NCBI GenBank assembly: GCA_965237905.1
Contig: OZ250172.1
Span: forward strand, 2,656,001-2,720,000
Source: Nitrospinaceae bacterium
Lineage (GTDB): Bacteria; Nitrospinota; Nitrospinia; Nitrospinales; Nitrospinaceae
Length of the DNA: 64,000 nucleotides
Direction of reading: 5' to 3'
Shown: positions 17,895 to 27,943 of the stretch, piece after piece
Position numbering within the stretch: position 1 is the stretch's first letter
Layout: each line of letters starts with the position of its first letter
Notes under the pieces: generated by a model
Databases searched by the model: none
What the model saw: the letters and a program-made list of their open reading frames with translations, nothing else
What the model was told of the DNA's origin: nothing
Translations under genes and position numbers: made by a program

Positions 17895-19025
17895 TTAAAA
17901 TCCGTCCAGGAACTCGCCGTATCCTTCGGCTTGCATGTTTGCCACCGAAACGAACCGTAGAGATGCGGAGTTGATGCAATACCTCAGTCCTGTCGGCTTG
18001 GGACCGTCCTCGAAGATATGACCGAGATGGGATTCCCCATGCTTCGACCGCACCTCGACCCGGACCATGAAGAAGGACTTGTCGGTTTTGCTGTAGACGT
18101 TCTCCTCGACCAGTGGCCGGGTGAATGACGGCCAGCCGGTTTTCGAATCGTATTTGTCTTTCGAACTGAACAACGGTTCGCCCGAAACGATATCGACATA
18201 TATACCCGCCTTTTTGTTGTCCCAGTGCTCATTACGGTAAGGCGGCTCCGTCCCTTCCTCCTGCGTGACCTTGTACTGGAGCGGGGTCAGCGTTTTCTTG
18301 AGTTCGGACTTGGCGGGTTTGGTAAACTTTCCACTACCCTGGCCCATGCCCGGTGGCGAGTAGTCTTTATCTGCGCCCCAGGTTTTGTCGATGAAACGAT
18401 CCCGGCCCGAACCCCCGCGATATCCCTTGTAGTGCGCCGTGCTCTTCTTATAGAAATCCTGGTGATACTCCTCGGCGGGATAAAACTCCGTGGCTTGGGT
18501 GATCTCGGTAATGATGGGCCGGCTGAACCGTTTGCTGGCTTCCAGCTTCTTTTTGGATTCGAGCGCCTGCTGTTCCTGCTCGTCGTTATGGTAAAAAATT
18601 CCCGATCGATATTGCTTACCGCGGTCGACAAACTGTCCGCCGCCGTCCGTCGGATCGATGTTCCGCCAGAACACTTCCAATAGGTCCGGGTAGGAAATCT
18701 GCTCCGGATCGTAATGCACCTGGACGGACTCGGTGTGTCCGGTCATGCCATGCGCCACCTGTTTGTAGGTGGGATTTTTTTCAGGGCCGCCGGTGTATCC
18801 GGAAATCACTTTGTAGACTCCCGGCAATTGTTCAAAGGGGGGCTCCATACACCAGAAACAACCCCCGGCTAATGTTGCGATCTCTAAATGTTCCGGCATG
18901 GGTTTGGATACCTTTTGTGTAAGATTTGCTTGTTTGTCAGAAGAACTGAAACCGTTTACAGACATCATTACGGCCCCCACAATCAGGCCGAACAGAATTA
19001 TATAGTAAGGTGTGCTGCTTTTCAT
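17895..19025 (-). CDS. msrAB: Peptide methionine sulfoxide reductase MsrA/MsrB fusion, exported
   Basis: AGGCFWC (MsrA), GWPSF and RYCINS (MsrB); N-terminal hydrophobic segment. Confidence 0.95.
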   Translation of the reverse strand: MKSSTPYYIILFGLIVGAVMMSVNGFSSSDKQANLTQKVSKPMPEHLEIATLAGGCFWCMEPPFEQLPGVYKVISGYTGGPEKNPTYKQVAHGMTGHTESVQVHYDPEQISYPDLLEVFWRNIDPTDGGGQFVDRGKQYRSGIFYHNDEQEQQALESKKKLEASKRFSRPIITEITQATEFYPAEEYHQDFYKKSTAHYKGYRGGSGRDRFIDKTWGADKDYSPPGMGQGSGKFTKPAKSELKKTLTPLQYKVTQEEGTEPPYRNEHWDNKKAGIYVDIVSGEPLFSSKDKYDSKTGWPSFTRPLVEENVYSKTDKSFFMVRVEVRSKHGESHLGHIFEDGPKPTGLRYCINSASLRFVSVANMQAEGYGEFLDGF

Positions 19026-19414
19026 TAGTTACCTCCAGATATTGAATGGCCGTTCCCCGGCTCATTTTCAGTTACCAGTAAGTCGCCGTGCAGGAAAAAT
19101 CCTTACAACCGGATCGCCGTGCGGTCCCGCTGGCCAGTCCGCCGCGGGGGGCCGGAGACCCATGCCATTATCTGATTACCCCTTTAAGATACCTCTTTTG
19201 CCCCAAAAGTTTCAAGCGATGTATAATCGGTGATTCCACATCCATTGAAATGGAGCCGGTTATGAGGAAAAAAGCCAAAAAGAAATCCCCGTCCCAATCC
19301 AAATCCCGCAAGGTGGCATCGAGCGCTCAAGGAAAACCGAAGCCTGAATCCCAATCCACCGTCAAAGATAAAGAAGAATTGATCCGCATCTGGGACGAAG
19401 ACCTTTGTGAATAA

Positions 19415-19750
19415 CCAGCGTAACGCTGGATCTAATGTGCCCCTCTTTTTAAAGAGGGGTTGGGGTGATTTGGAACCACCGATGAACACAGATGGACACG
19501 GATAAAAGCGAGAGTAAAAAGCAGAGAGCAGTTGTCATTCTGAGCGAAGCGAAGAATCTGGGTTTTATTTACGACCGGGCGTTGCCCGGTTCCCCTCATG
19601 GGGAGCACCTATAGGGTGACGGATAAAGGTGAGGGGTGGTTATGACGGGATTACAAGATAAAGGAAGAATCTCCCCGGCCCCCTTTACAAGGGGGAACAA
19701 AATCAAAAATCCCTCTCCCCTCAAGGGGAGAGGGCAGGGTGAGGGGTGGA
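19415..19750. repeat. Second REP-like repeat cluster
   Basis: CCAGCGTAACGCTGG 19415-19429, GTCATTCTGAGCGAAGCGAAGAATCT, and a ~70-bp block nearly identical to ~17695-17766. Confidence 0.8.
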
Positions 19751-20268
19751 TTTGGATTGCGCTACTCGTAGTGTGGGGGATGGTAACGCTGATCGCGTCT
19801 CCCGCAGGAGCGGCCGACCCTAAAGGCTGGCGCGATTTCAAATGGGGGATGACCCATCAACAGGCGGCGCAGGTGGGCGCGGAACCGTTCGTCGACGCGG
19901 CGGGAGAAAAACAATTCGGCCTGCCCTCGGTGGAACTGTTGCCCGGCAAAGCGTTTCAGGTGCATCTGGAATTTTTCTCGCATATGGGCCTGAACGCCGT
20001 TCGGGTGAGCCTCTCCCCGCAACCTGAGTGCGCGCAGGAGGTTTACGAAACGTTTTTAAACGATTTTCGGGAACGGTACGGGAAAGAGAAGGAATCGCGG
20101 GATCTCGATTATCCCAACTCGTTTTATCGGAGCCACGACTGGATTGCCGGGGCCACCAAGATCGTATTGCATCACGGATGCCCCAAACCCGGCAAGCCCG
20201 CCGCCTCGCCACCCACTACCCATATCTGGTACGAAAAACGCAGGCACACCGAACCCTGGAATAGGTGA
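19642..20268 (+). CDS. Hypothetical exported protein (start uncertain)
   Basis: Signal-like hydrophobic stretch followed by GWRDFKWGMT; 5' end overlaps REP-like repeats. Confidence 0.55.
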   Translation: MTGLQDKGRISPAPFTRGNKIKNPSPLKGRGQGEGWIWIALLVVWGMVTLIASPAGAADPKGWRDFKWGMTHQQAAQVGAEPFVDAAGEKQFGLPSVELLPGKAFQVHLEFFSHMGLNAVRVSLSPQPECAQEVYETFLNDFRERYGKEKESRDLDYPNSFYRSHDWIAGATKIVLHHGCPKPGKPAASPPTTHIWYEKRRHTEPWNR

Positions 20269-20284
20269 GAAGCTAACGGTTTGT

Positions 20285-20614
20285 TCAAATTTGGGGCCGG
20301 GGCCCCAATAAAATAATTCCCGCGCCGATGAGGCAAATGACCGATCCCACAACATCCCATCGATCCGGACGCTGGCCTTCGACCACCCACAGCCACAGCA
20401 CCGAGGCGGCAATATAGACTCCGCCATAAGCGGCAAACGCCCTGCCCGCAAAAATGGATTCTATACGGGTGAGTAAGAGAGCAAACACCGTCAAAGAGAC
20501 CACGCCGGGGAGCACCCAGTAAACGCTTCGGCCCAATCGCAGCCAGGCCCAGAAGGCGAAGCACCCGCCAATTTCGGCAATCGCCGCGGCACTGTATAGA
20601 ATAAACGAAGGCAT
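20285..20614 (-). CDS. ynfA: YnfA (UPF0060) small membrane protein
   Basis: [28 protein letters not shown]. Confidence 0.9.
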   Translation of the reverse strand: MPSFILYSAAAIAEIGGCFAFWAWLRLGRSVYWVLPGVVSLTVFALLLTRIESIFAGRAFAAYGGVYIAASVLWLWVVEGQRPDRWDVVGSVICLIGAGIILLGPRPQI

Positions 20615-20807
20615 GGTTTGAATAGTGAGGTCTTCCCGGTTTTAAGTCAACTAGGGATTGCCGGGTCCACCGGGATCGAACTGCACCACGCCTGCCCCAA
20701 ACCCGGCCAGCCCAAATAAATACAAAATTCTGTTAATATATAAAAAAATCGACCTTTTGTTGCCGGTTACGCATGGGGTTAAGCTGATAAAACAAGGAGG
20801 TCTTGAA

Positions 20808-21470
20808 ATGGCAAGGTTATCAACCGCATTATTTCTATCTCTGTTCTACATCGCATATATTTCCTCTATCTCGTTCGCTGACGACTGGCCTGCACCGGTA
20901 ATAAAAGAAGTTTTCAGCAAATCCAGACAATACTTGGTTCGTGTCATTCCAGGTGGAGGTATGGGCAATACTTATGGCTTTGAGGGTGCTCCAAAGGGTA
21001 AAAACGGTACGGCTGAATTATATAAACAGCAAAAAGACAGATCTTACAAGTTTCTGAAAGAGATAACCTTGGCCAACCCGGTTGCTCCGATAGATTTTTA
21101 TCTGTCTAATGACGGCTATTGGGTCACTTTGGATAATTGGCATAATGTCGGGCATGGGAGAGTTGTGGTTTTTTATAATCCGCAAGGAAAGCAAATTCAG
21201 AGCTATGAATTAAAAGATCTTTTTAACGAAACTGAAATTAAGTCATTTATGCGTTCGACCTCTTCAATTCATTGGCGCGAGGAACCCATATTTATAAGGA
21301 AGGATCAAAAAACGTTTATTGTTAAGGTTAAAAAAGGTTCATACATGCTTTTTGGCTTGGAGACCGGGTTGTACCAATATTGTGAAGACCGGAATAAAAA
21401 GTACCAGTGTAGAAATGAAAACAAAAATCGAAAGTGGGTTAACCCTAATACGGTCCAGTTAACCCGCTGA
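20808..21470 (+). CDS. Hypothetical secreted protein (AT-rich)
   Basis: AAGGAGG RBS; signal peptide ending SFA-DDW. Confidence 0.65.
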   Translation: MARLSTALFLSLFYIAYISSISFADDWPAPVIKEVFSKSRQYLVRVIPGGGMGNTYGFEGAPKGKNGTAELYKQQKDRSYKFLKEITLANPVAPIDFYLSNDGYWVTLDNWHNVGHGRVVVFYNPQGKQIQSYELKDLFNETEIKSFMRSTSSIHWREEPIFIRKDQKTFIVKVKKGSYMLFGLETGLYQYCEDRNKKYQCRNENKNRKWVNPNTVQLTR

Positions 21471-21504
21471 CCTTATTAAGGGAATAAATCTCTCTCATTA
21501 TGAA

Positions 21505-21966
21505 ATGACTTTTCTGTTTCTCAAATGGATTCACATTTTGAGTGCGGTGGTGATGTTAGGCACGGGCTTGGGAAGTGCGTTCTATCTTTACCGCGCCAAC
21601 CGTGAGGGCGACCTCCACGCCATCCGCTTCGTGCTGAAGAATGTGATTCTCGCCGACTGGCTGTTTACCGTGCCGCCGATTGCTTTGCTCCCGGTCACTG
21701 GCGTATGGATGATGCGCATCAATGGCGCCACGTTTTCCGACTTATGGATCTGGCTGTCGCTGGTGTTGTTCGTGATCGCCGGGTTGTGCTGGGTACCGGC
21801 GGCGGTCCTGCAATACAAAATGAAAGCCCTGTCCGATCATGCCCCCGATAAAGAGCGCCTGCCTGTGAGCTATTGGCATTACGAACGACTCTGGTTGGTG
21901 CTCGGCGTCTCCGCGTTCCCGGCGGTGCTCGTTATTTTTTCCCTGATGATCTTCAAACCGGTATGA
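21505..21966 (+). CDS. DUF2269 integral membrane protein
   Basis: KWIHILS..GTGLG, ADWLFT.P, LMIFKP. Confidence 0.8.
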   Translation: MTFLFLKWIHILSAVVMLGTGLGSAFYLYRANREGDLHAIRFVLKNVILADWLFTVPPIALLPVTGVWMMRINGATFSDLWIWLSLVLFVIAGLCWVPAAVLQYKMKALSDHAPDKERLPVSYWHYERLWLVLGVSAFPAVLVIFSLMIFKPV

Positions 21967-22592
21967 TATGGACCATGTCTGATAACAATACCGAACGGCA
22001 AAAAGTGGAGGCGTCAAAAAACGATTTGCAGAAGGCCAACCTGATGGGCAAACATCTGGAGAGGGTGGACCTTTCCGGCGGCGACCTCTCGTTGGCGAAC
22101 TTGAGAAAGGCCAAACTGGCGGGCGCCAATCTTCAAGGGGCGAAACTCCACAAGACGGCGCTCAGCACGGCGGATGTGTCGGGAGCCGATCTGTCCGGTG
22201 CCGACCTCTCCGGCGCGGAATGCATTGCCACCAACTTCAGCCGCGCCAACTTATCCGGAACCACATTCGACCGCGCCTCGGTGAGCAAGGCTACCATGAC
22301 CGACGCCAACCTGAAGGGCGCCGATATGAGTCATGTGATTAACCTCACCTGCCAGCAGTTGCAGTCGGCCCAAATCGACGCCACCATACGATTGCCGGAT
22401 TACATCACCCTGAAATGGCGCTCGGACACCGAGTTCGACTGCGGCGACCGCGTACAACGCATAGACGAGGGGCAACCGTCTCTGGGAGGGGGAGCAGGAC
22501 GATGCTCGAAAAAATTCTGGAAGATCATGCCCTGTGGTTTCGCACCAAGGGTAAAGAGGGCGACCGCGCTATTCTGCACGGGGTGGACTTGA
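21963..22592 (+). CDS. Pentapeptide repeat protein
   Basis: A(D/N)Lxx repeats; the 3' end overlaps the next gene. Confidence 0.75.
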   Translation: MIWTMSDNNTERQKVEASKNDLQKANLMGKHLERVDLSGGDLSLANLRKAKLAGANLQGAKLHKTALSTADVSGADLSGADLSGAECIATNFSRANLSGTTFDRASVSKATMTDANLKGADMSHVINLTCQQLQSAQIDATIRLPDYITLKWRSDTEFDCGDRVQRIDEGQPSLGGGAGRCSKKFWKIMPCGFAPRVKRATALFCTGWT

Positions 22593-22912
22593 GCCTGGCG
22601 GTGCTGAAAGATGCCTGTCTGGTGGAGGCGGAACTGATGGGCGCGCGCCTGAACGATGTCGACCTGCATGGGGCCGATCTCCGGGGCGCCAACCTGCAGG
22701 ACGCGGTTCTTGCCGGGGCGCAACTCCAGTATGCCAACCTGGAGGAGGCCGATCTCATGATGGCCGATTTCCAAGGCGCGCAACTCAAGGGGACGCGGCT
22801 CGCTGGCGCTTATCTGCACGGCGCCGACTTGAGCCAGGCCGTGGACCTGACCGCTGAGCAACTGAAAGAAACTTACTCCGACGAAAACACGCAACTCCCG
22901 CCCGGCCTGTGA
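22502..22912 (+). CDS. Pentapeptide repeat protein
   Basis: ILEDHALW..GKEGDRA then ADLRGANL-type repeats; GGAG RBS. Confidence 0.8.
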   Translation: MLEKILEDHALWFRTKGKEGDRAILHGVDLSLAVLKDACLVEAELMGARLNDVDLHGADLRGANLQDAVLAGAQLQYANLEEADLMMADFQGAQLKGTRLAGAYLHGADLSQAVDLTAEQLKETYSDENTQLPPGL

Positions 22913-23031
22913 CCCGCTCCGAGTCCTCCGAACAGGGTTTCCCCTCTATATAAATAAAGCCTTATCATTCAGGCCTCAAATTTTTCAGAAACCCTTGAAA
23001 AACCCATAATTTGCGGTTTTGTGAGAAGGGA

Positions 23032-23059
23032 TTGACAAAATCTCTAATTTTCATAAAAT
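23032..23059 (+). promoter_or_regulatory. Sigma70-type promoter of the acl operon
   Basis: TTGACA-16 bp-TAAAAT. Confidence 0.55.
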
Positions 23060-23227
23060 GGTGCGTTCCAATCTGGAGCTCCCACTCTTGAGCCGAAAAA
23101 TCAATGAGGTGGAAGTGGTCGCCACTTCCCACAGTCCTTGTTGTGTACGAATAGTCATCCGGATACGATCAGGTATTCATTAATATATAATCATTTTTCA
23201 AAGAATTTTTAAGGCAGGAGAACTGAA

Positions 23228-24496
23228 ATGCAGATTACCGGTATGTTATGGGGACGGAAGTTGCTGGACCTCGTGGAGTTCCCTCGGTCTGAAGTGCGCG
23301 GACCTGAAGCCAGCGTCGAAGATATCAAGGGAATGATCAAGAAACACAAGCAGGTGTTCATCAAGCCGTTTTTCAAGGGAGGGGTCGGGAAAAAAGGCAA
23401 GTCCGGATTGATCGGGCGGGTTGACAATCTCCACGACGCGCTCAAGGAAAAAGAGCGGTTATATTTCGCGACCCATCAGGATGGCAACCGCATCACCAAA
23501 TCCAACGGCGTCACGTTTGAAGGCGGGGTGCCCGCAGATCATGAGGTGTACTTTTCAATTACGGACAACACCGTGTACCGCGCACCCTGCATGACCATTA
23601 CCCATCACGGCGGAGTGGATATTGAAGAGTTACCGCCGGAAAAGCTGGCAGTGGTGCCGTTTGATCCATTGACCGGGCTGAAATCATTTCATGTCTCCAA
23701 CGCTCTGGACAGTCTCGGGGCTCCTACGGAAATCATCAGTCCACTGGTGCAGAACCTGCCGAAGCTGTGGGACCTGTACAACAATTACGGCATGCTGATG
23801 CTGGAACTCAACCCTATCCGCATGTTCAACAACGGCAAACGTCTCACCCCGGTGGCCTGCGATTTTAAATGCGCGTTCGATCAGGATGACCCGGCGTGGA
23901 AGCGTCTGCATCTCCCGGACGATTTGTTCGCTTCCGACGATTCGGAGTTCGAGCAGGAGATCAACCAGCTCCGGACTTATCAAGGGCAGAGTGACGTGTA
24001 TGTCATCAACGATGAGGGAACGATCACCGCGCCGACTTTCGGCGGCGGCGCCAACGCCATGGTAACGGAACTGTTGGGAGAAGACGCGACCATCTCCTCC
24101 GACTTCGGAGGCAACCCGCCCTATGTCAAGATGAACGATATCTCCAAGATCACGTTCAAATACTGGCTCCCTCAATCCAACGTGCTGTTCATCATCGGCG
24201 GTAAAGCGAACAATACGGATATTTACGAGACGTTTCGAGCGATCGGCGACGGCATCAAATGGTATTTTCAGCAACATGGGCCACAGCCCCTGTTTGTGGT
24301 GGTGGGCCGGGGGGGACCCAACCTGATCCGCGGAATGGCATATCTGCGCGACACGCTGGATTCACTGGGAATTCCGTACCGCTTCTTCGGCCACGACAGC
24401 GCCATGTCGGAAGTCATCAATTATGCGCGGGCGGTCAATCGCTGGATGAAGAACGGCGGCAAGGAAGAGATCAAGAAATCTTTGAATATCAAATAA
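23228..24496 (+). CDS. aclB: ATP citrate lyase beta subunit
   Basis: ATP-grasp GGVGKKGK, LELNP, FGGGAN, DFGGNP, IIGGKANNT, GRGGPN; precedes aclA. Confidence 0.9.
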   Translation: MQITGMLWGRKLLDLVEFPRSEVRGPEASVEDIKGMIKKHKQVFIKPFFKGGVGKKGKSGLIGRVDNLHDALKEKERLYFATHQDGNRITKSNGVTFEGGVPADHEVYFSITDNTVYRAPCMTITHHGGVDIEELPPEKLAVVPFDPLTGLKSFHVSNALDSLGAPTEIISPLVQNLPKLWDLYNNYGMLMLELNPIRMFNNGKRLTPVACDFKCAFDQDDPAWKRLHLPDDLFASDDSEFEQEINQLRTYQGQSDVYVINDEGTITAPTFGGGANAMVTELLGEDATISSDFGGNPPYVKMNDISKITFKYWLPQSNVLFIIGGKANNTDIYETFRAIGDGIKWYFQQHGPQPLFVVVGRGGPNLIRGMAYLRDTLDSLGIPYRFFGHDSAMSEVINYARAVNRWMKNGGKEEIKKSLNIK

Positions 24497-24538
24497 ACTT
24501 ACTCGAATCGCAAAGCACCATTCTGGAGGATCAGGCAC

Positions 24539-27250
24539 ATGCATAAAGAAGGAATCGCAGATTTCCCTTATTACGTAGGGGTCAATTCATTGTCCGAGCT
24601 GGCGACCAAGGATGATAAAGTCGTCGTTTTTAATATATTGGGAAAAGAGAGTTCCGGCGTCACTCCGATCAGTCATGAGTATTCCGGCGGCAATATTGTA
24701 TTCGGAACCGGACCCGGTAAATCAGGAAAATTCCTGCCGACCAAAGCTGGCAAAATTCCTGTATACAATTCCATTAAAGAAGGCATGGCCGCAGGTCATG
24801 AATTCAATACTGCTGTGGTCTATCTGCCTCCGTCCGGCGTTAAAGACGGCGTGGCGGAAGCGGTGCGCAATAATCCCAAACTGAAAAAAGTTATCGTCCT
24901 TACGGAAAAAGTTTCCGTCAAGGATTCCCGTGTCATGCGCGCCATCTGCCAGACCAATGGCGTCGATCTGTTCGGCGGCAACTGCCTGGGTGTGGCGGAT
25001 GCCTGGAATCATGTCCGTCTGGGTGGCGCGCTCGGAGGCAACCACCCGGAAGAATCTTTGATCAAGGGTTCCGTGGCGATCTTCTCCAACTCCGGAAACT
25101 TCACCACCACCATTGCCGTGTACCTGGCGACGGCAGGTTGGGGCACCACCACCTCCATTTCCAGCGGTAAGGATGTTTACATTCACTACGGCCCTCAAGA
25201 GTTTATTCATGCGTTTAATAATGACGACCGCTCCCAGGCTTCTATCGTGTACTGCGAACCCGGTGGATATTACGAACACGGTCTCAAGTCCGACAAACCG
25301 ATCATCGCTTGCGTGGTAGGACGCTGGAAAGCCAAGCTGACCAAGTCTTGCGGACATGCCGGCTCGTTGTCCGGTTCCGGCGACGATGCGGTGGCCAAGG
25401 AAAACTGGTTCAAGGACTATTTCGGAGTGAAGGATATTTATACGCCTGAAAATCCGGTGTTCTCCAAGAAGGGCGCGTTGGTCACCAACATCGCCGACAT
25501 CCCAGAAGCGCTGACCAAGGTGATGGAATTGAACGGCAAGAAGCCGGACTTTCCCTCCAAAGGGAACTTGTCCCTGAAATGCTGGTTTGGCAGTAACAAC
25601 GGCATTTCTCTTCCCAAGGAGCTGGATGTTCAGCAGGTGGAGGCCATCGATCCTTACAACGGGCAGATCGAAGCGCTCAAACAGCAGGTCGGTGCGCAGA
25701 TCAGCCGGGAAACTTTGAAAGACGCCAGCGGCGCCTCCAAGATGGATCCGAAGACTCAGGTATCCCAGATTCACAATGTTTCCATTCTGGATGCCTCCAA
25801 TAAAACGTTTGAGGACAACCTGGTGTTCGCTCTGACTCACAGTTATCCCAGTGCATCGGGAACGACGATGGCCAATGCGGTGTTGAACGCTTATGTCAAT
25901 TTGCACGGTCAACCGGCGTTGGCGGCGGCGACGGCTTCCCGCGAGGCAGGCAACTCTCCCAACACCGTACAGGCAGGGGCAGTTTCCATTATTGGTAAAA
26001 AGAAAGCGCAAAAAGCCATGGACGCGGCAGAAGCGTTGCTGGATGTTTTTAAATTAACCGAGTTGAGCGACCCGGAAGGGGAGTTCGATTACAAATCTCT
26101 CGTTAAAGGTGCTTCGGGGCATAAAGATGTTTTTCTGGATGGGGCGGCGGATACCAAAGCGGCCAAGCTTCTGGATATTTGCAAATCCAAGGGCAAATCG
26201 GTTTTCATCGGTTTTCTGGTGGATTTTGCGAAGGAACATAAAGGCAATGTTTCCATGGATGCGGTGGTGGCGGCGGTATGGACCACGCTGGCCTGGCCGA
26301 GTTTGCGGACCAAAAAGATTTCCAAGACCACGCTGGTGCGTCTACCGTGGTACAGCATAATTTACAGCACCATGGTGGGAGTGGCCGCACCGCAAGACAA
26401 GCATGGTGCCGACAAATTCTGCGGTGTAAAAAACGACGACCTGCTCGCCAACAGTTTCACCCGCACCGCGTTTCTTTCTCTGATGGGACGGGATGCCACG
26501 GAAGGGGAGTTGTTCGAGTTCCAGGTTCTCTTGGGCCTGATCATCACCAACGGTCCCGGCACCATTTCTGCCCAGGGTTCCAAAGGCGCAGTGAGCGCTG
26601 ACGGACCGGAACAGCCGAACCGGGTTCAGATCAACAAAAGCTTTATTGGTTTTCTGACCCATACCGGGTTCGCCCACGGTGGGAATGGCTACGAAGCCGC
26701 GGCGTTTCTGATCGATCAATTCAAGGACACGTCCCTGAAAGACCCGGCCGATTCCAAGCACGGCGTCGACCTGGGGAAACTGGCTACGGATTACGCCAAA
26801 TGGTATGGCGATTATAAGAAGGAGCAGAAGGGACTCGGTCATCTGGAATACGCCAAGATTCCCTGCGTTAATCATCCGGTGTTCAAGGGGAAAGATGTCA
26901 ATGTTGACCCGCGTGAGGAATATGTCAGCAAACTGTTCAAGGACAAGGGGCTGTACAATGTGTTTCTCGATTTCTACCATCACCTGGTGGAGGGCCTGTT
27001 CAAAGCCAAGGTGACGAAGAATGTGTACTGCGTCAACGTCGACGCCGTCATCGCAGTGATTCTGCTCAAGATGCTGTGGTCGGATTACAAGAAGGGGTCC
27101 ATCAAGGAGGAGGATATCGAGTGGGCCAGCTTCATGGCGTTCCTGTTCGGTCGGATGATCGGGTGCGCGGCGGAAATCGACGACCACACCAACCGGGGCA
27201 AGAACATGGATACCCGTACCCCGGCGAGCAAGGTGGCATACGTCGGGTAG
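24539..27250 (+). CDS. aclA: ATP citrate lyase alpha subunit (long form)
   Basis: CoA-binding/ligase domain (GGNCLG, SNSG, CGHAG phospho-His) plus citrate-synthase-like C-terminus (AHGG, VNHPVFK, VNVDA). Confidence 0.9.
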   Translation: MHKEGIADFPYYVGVNSLSELATKDDKVVVFNILGKESSGVTPISHEYSGGNIVFGTGPGKSGKFLPTKAGKIPVYNSIKEGMAAGHEFNTAVVYLPPSGVKDGVAEAVRNNPKLKKVIVLTEKVSVKDSRVMRAICQTNGVDLFGGNCLGVADAWNHVRLGGALGGNHPEESLIKGSVAIFSNSGNFTTTIAVYLATAGWGTTTSISSGKDVYIHYGPQEFIHAFNNDDRSQASIVYCEPGGYYEHGLKSDKPIIACVVGRWKAKLTKSCGHAGSLSGSGDDAVAKENWFKDYFGVKDIYTPENPVFSKKGALVTNIADIPEALTKVMELNGKKPDFPSKGNLSLKCWFGSNNGISLPKELDVQQVEAIDPYNGQIEALKQQVGAQISRETLKDASGASKMDPKTQVSQIHNVSILDASNKTFEDNLVFALTHSYPSASGTTMANAVLNAYVNLHGQPALAAATASREAGNSPNTVQAGAVSIIGKKKAQKAMDAAEALLDVFKLTELSDPEGEFDYKSLVKGASGHKDVFLDGAADTKAAKLLDICKSKGKSVFIGFLVDFAKEHKGNVSMDAVVAAVWTTLAWPSLRTKKISKTTLVRLPWYSIIYSTMVGVAAPQDKHGADKFCGVKNDDLLANSFTRTAFLSLMGRDATEGELFEFQVLLGLIITNGPGTISAQGSKGAVSADGPEQPNRVQINKSFIGFLTHTGFAHGGNGYEAAAFLIDQFKDTSLKDPADSKHGVDLGKLATDYAKWYGDYKKEQKGLGHLEYAKIPCVNHPVFKGKDVNVDPREEYVSKLFKDKGLYNVFLDFYHHLVEGLFKAKVTKNVYCVNVDAVIAVILLKMLWSDYKKGSIKEEDIEWASFMAFLFGRMIGCAAEIDDHTNRGKNMDTRTPASKVAYVG

Positions 27251-27272
27251 TTTGTTTTAACTTGAGTTTGGA

Positions 27273-27308
27273 TAAAGCAGGTCGGTAATTTGCCGGCCTG
27301 CTTTTTTT
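27273..27308 (+). terminator. Intrinsic terminator after aclA
   Basis: AAAGCAGGTCGGTAA/TTGCCGGCCTGCTTT stem followed by a T-run. Confidence 0.75.
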
Positions 27309-27318
27309 GTTTGGAATT

Positions 27319-27837
27319 TCAGCGGAACCGGTCGACCTTGAACCGGTACATCTCTATGGGTTCGTGACCGGGGATTTTGCCTTTGTCCCGGCAGATTTTG
27401 ATTTGTTCTTCTGTCGAGTCCACCCCTTCCAGATCGGGCAGTAACACTCCCTGTTTGCCATTGCATTTCACGACCAGACCGTAAACTTTGGGGTCCAGTT
27501 CCGACACATCGGAAATTTTCTCCAGAGGGCGCACCACGTCGATGGAATACGTCAGGTCTTGCAGTTCATCTGAGGTCACGGGAGAGAACCGTGGATCGTG
27601 CAGGGCCGCCTTGAGGGCGTTTTCAATGATCTCCATTGCCAGGTTGGGTTCGCAAGGTTCCAGTGTGCCGATGCACCCGCGTAGTTGCTGGAGTTTTTTG
27701 ATCGAAACAAAAGCGCCGGAGCGCAACTCCAGGTCTTTTGAAAGAGGATCCGGGCAGGATAATTTTTCGCTATAGTTCAGGTAATGATGAATCGATTCCT
27801 GTGCCAATGATACATAAGGGTGTTGAAACATTCCCAT
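27319..27837 (-). CDS. AMMECR1-domain protein (AmmeMemoRadiSam protein A)
   Basis: GAFVS, LRGCIGT, AALHDPRF, GVLLPDL. Confidence 0.88.
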   Translation of the reverse strand: MGMFQHPYVSLAQESIHHYLNYSEKLSCPDPLSKDLELRSGAFVSIKKLQQLRGCIGTLEPCEPNLAMEIIENALKAALHDPRFSPVTSDELQDLTYSIDVVRPLEKISDVSELDPKVYGLVVKCNGKQGVLLPDLEGVDSTEEQIKICRDKGKIPGHEPIEMYRFKVDRFR

Positions 27838-27943
27838 ACCGACCTCCGTGCAGAGGGTCTCTATATTTCTTAAGATAATCCCAATGCCCAGGCGCCGCAA
27901 CCGGCAAATCACCGGAAATTGAAGCGGGGTATAAAACAGGTGT

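Noticed and set aside
24722..27187. Long antisense ORFs (429 aa, 281 aa) opposite aclA, and similar ones opposite other core genes
   Set aside because: Shadow ORFs caused by GC-rich codon bias; no motifs.
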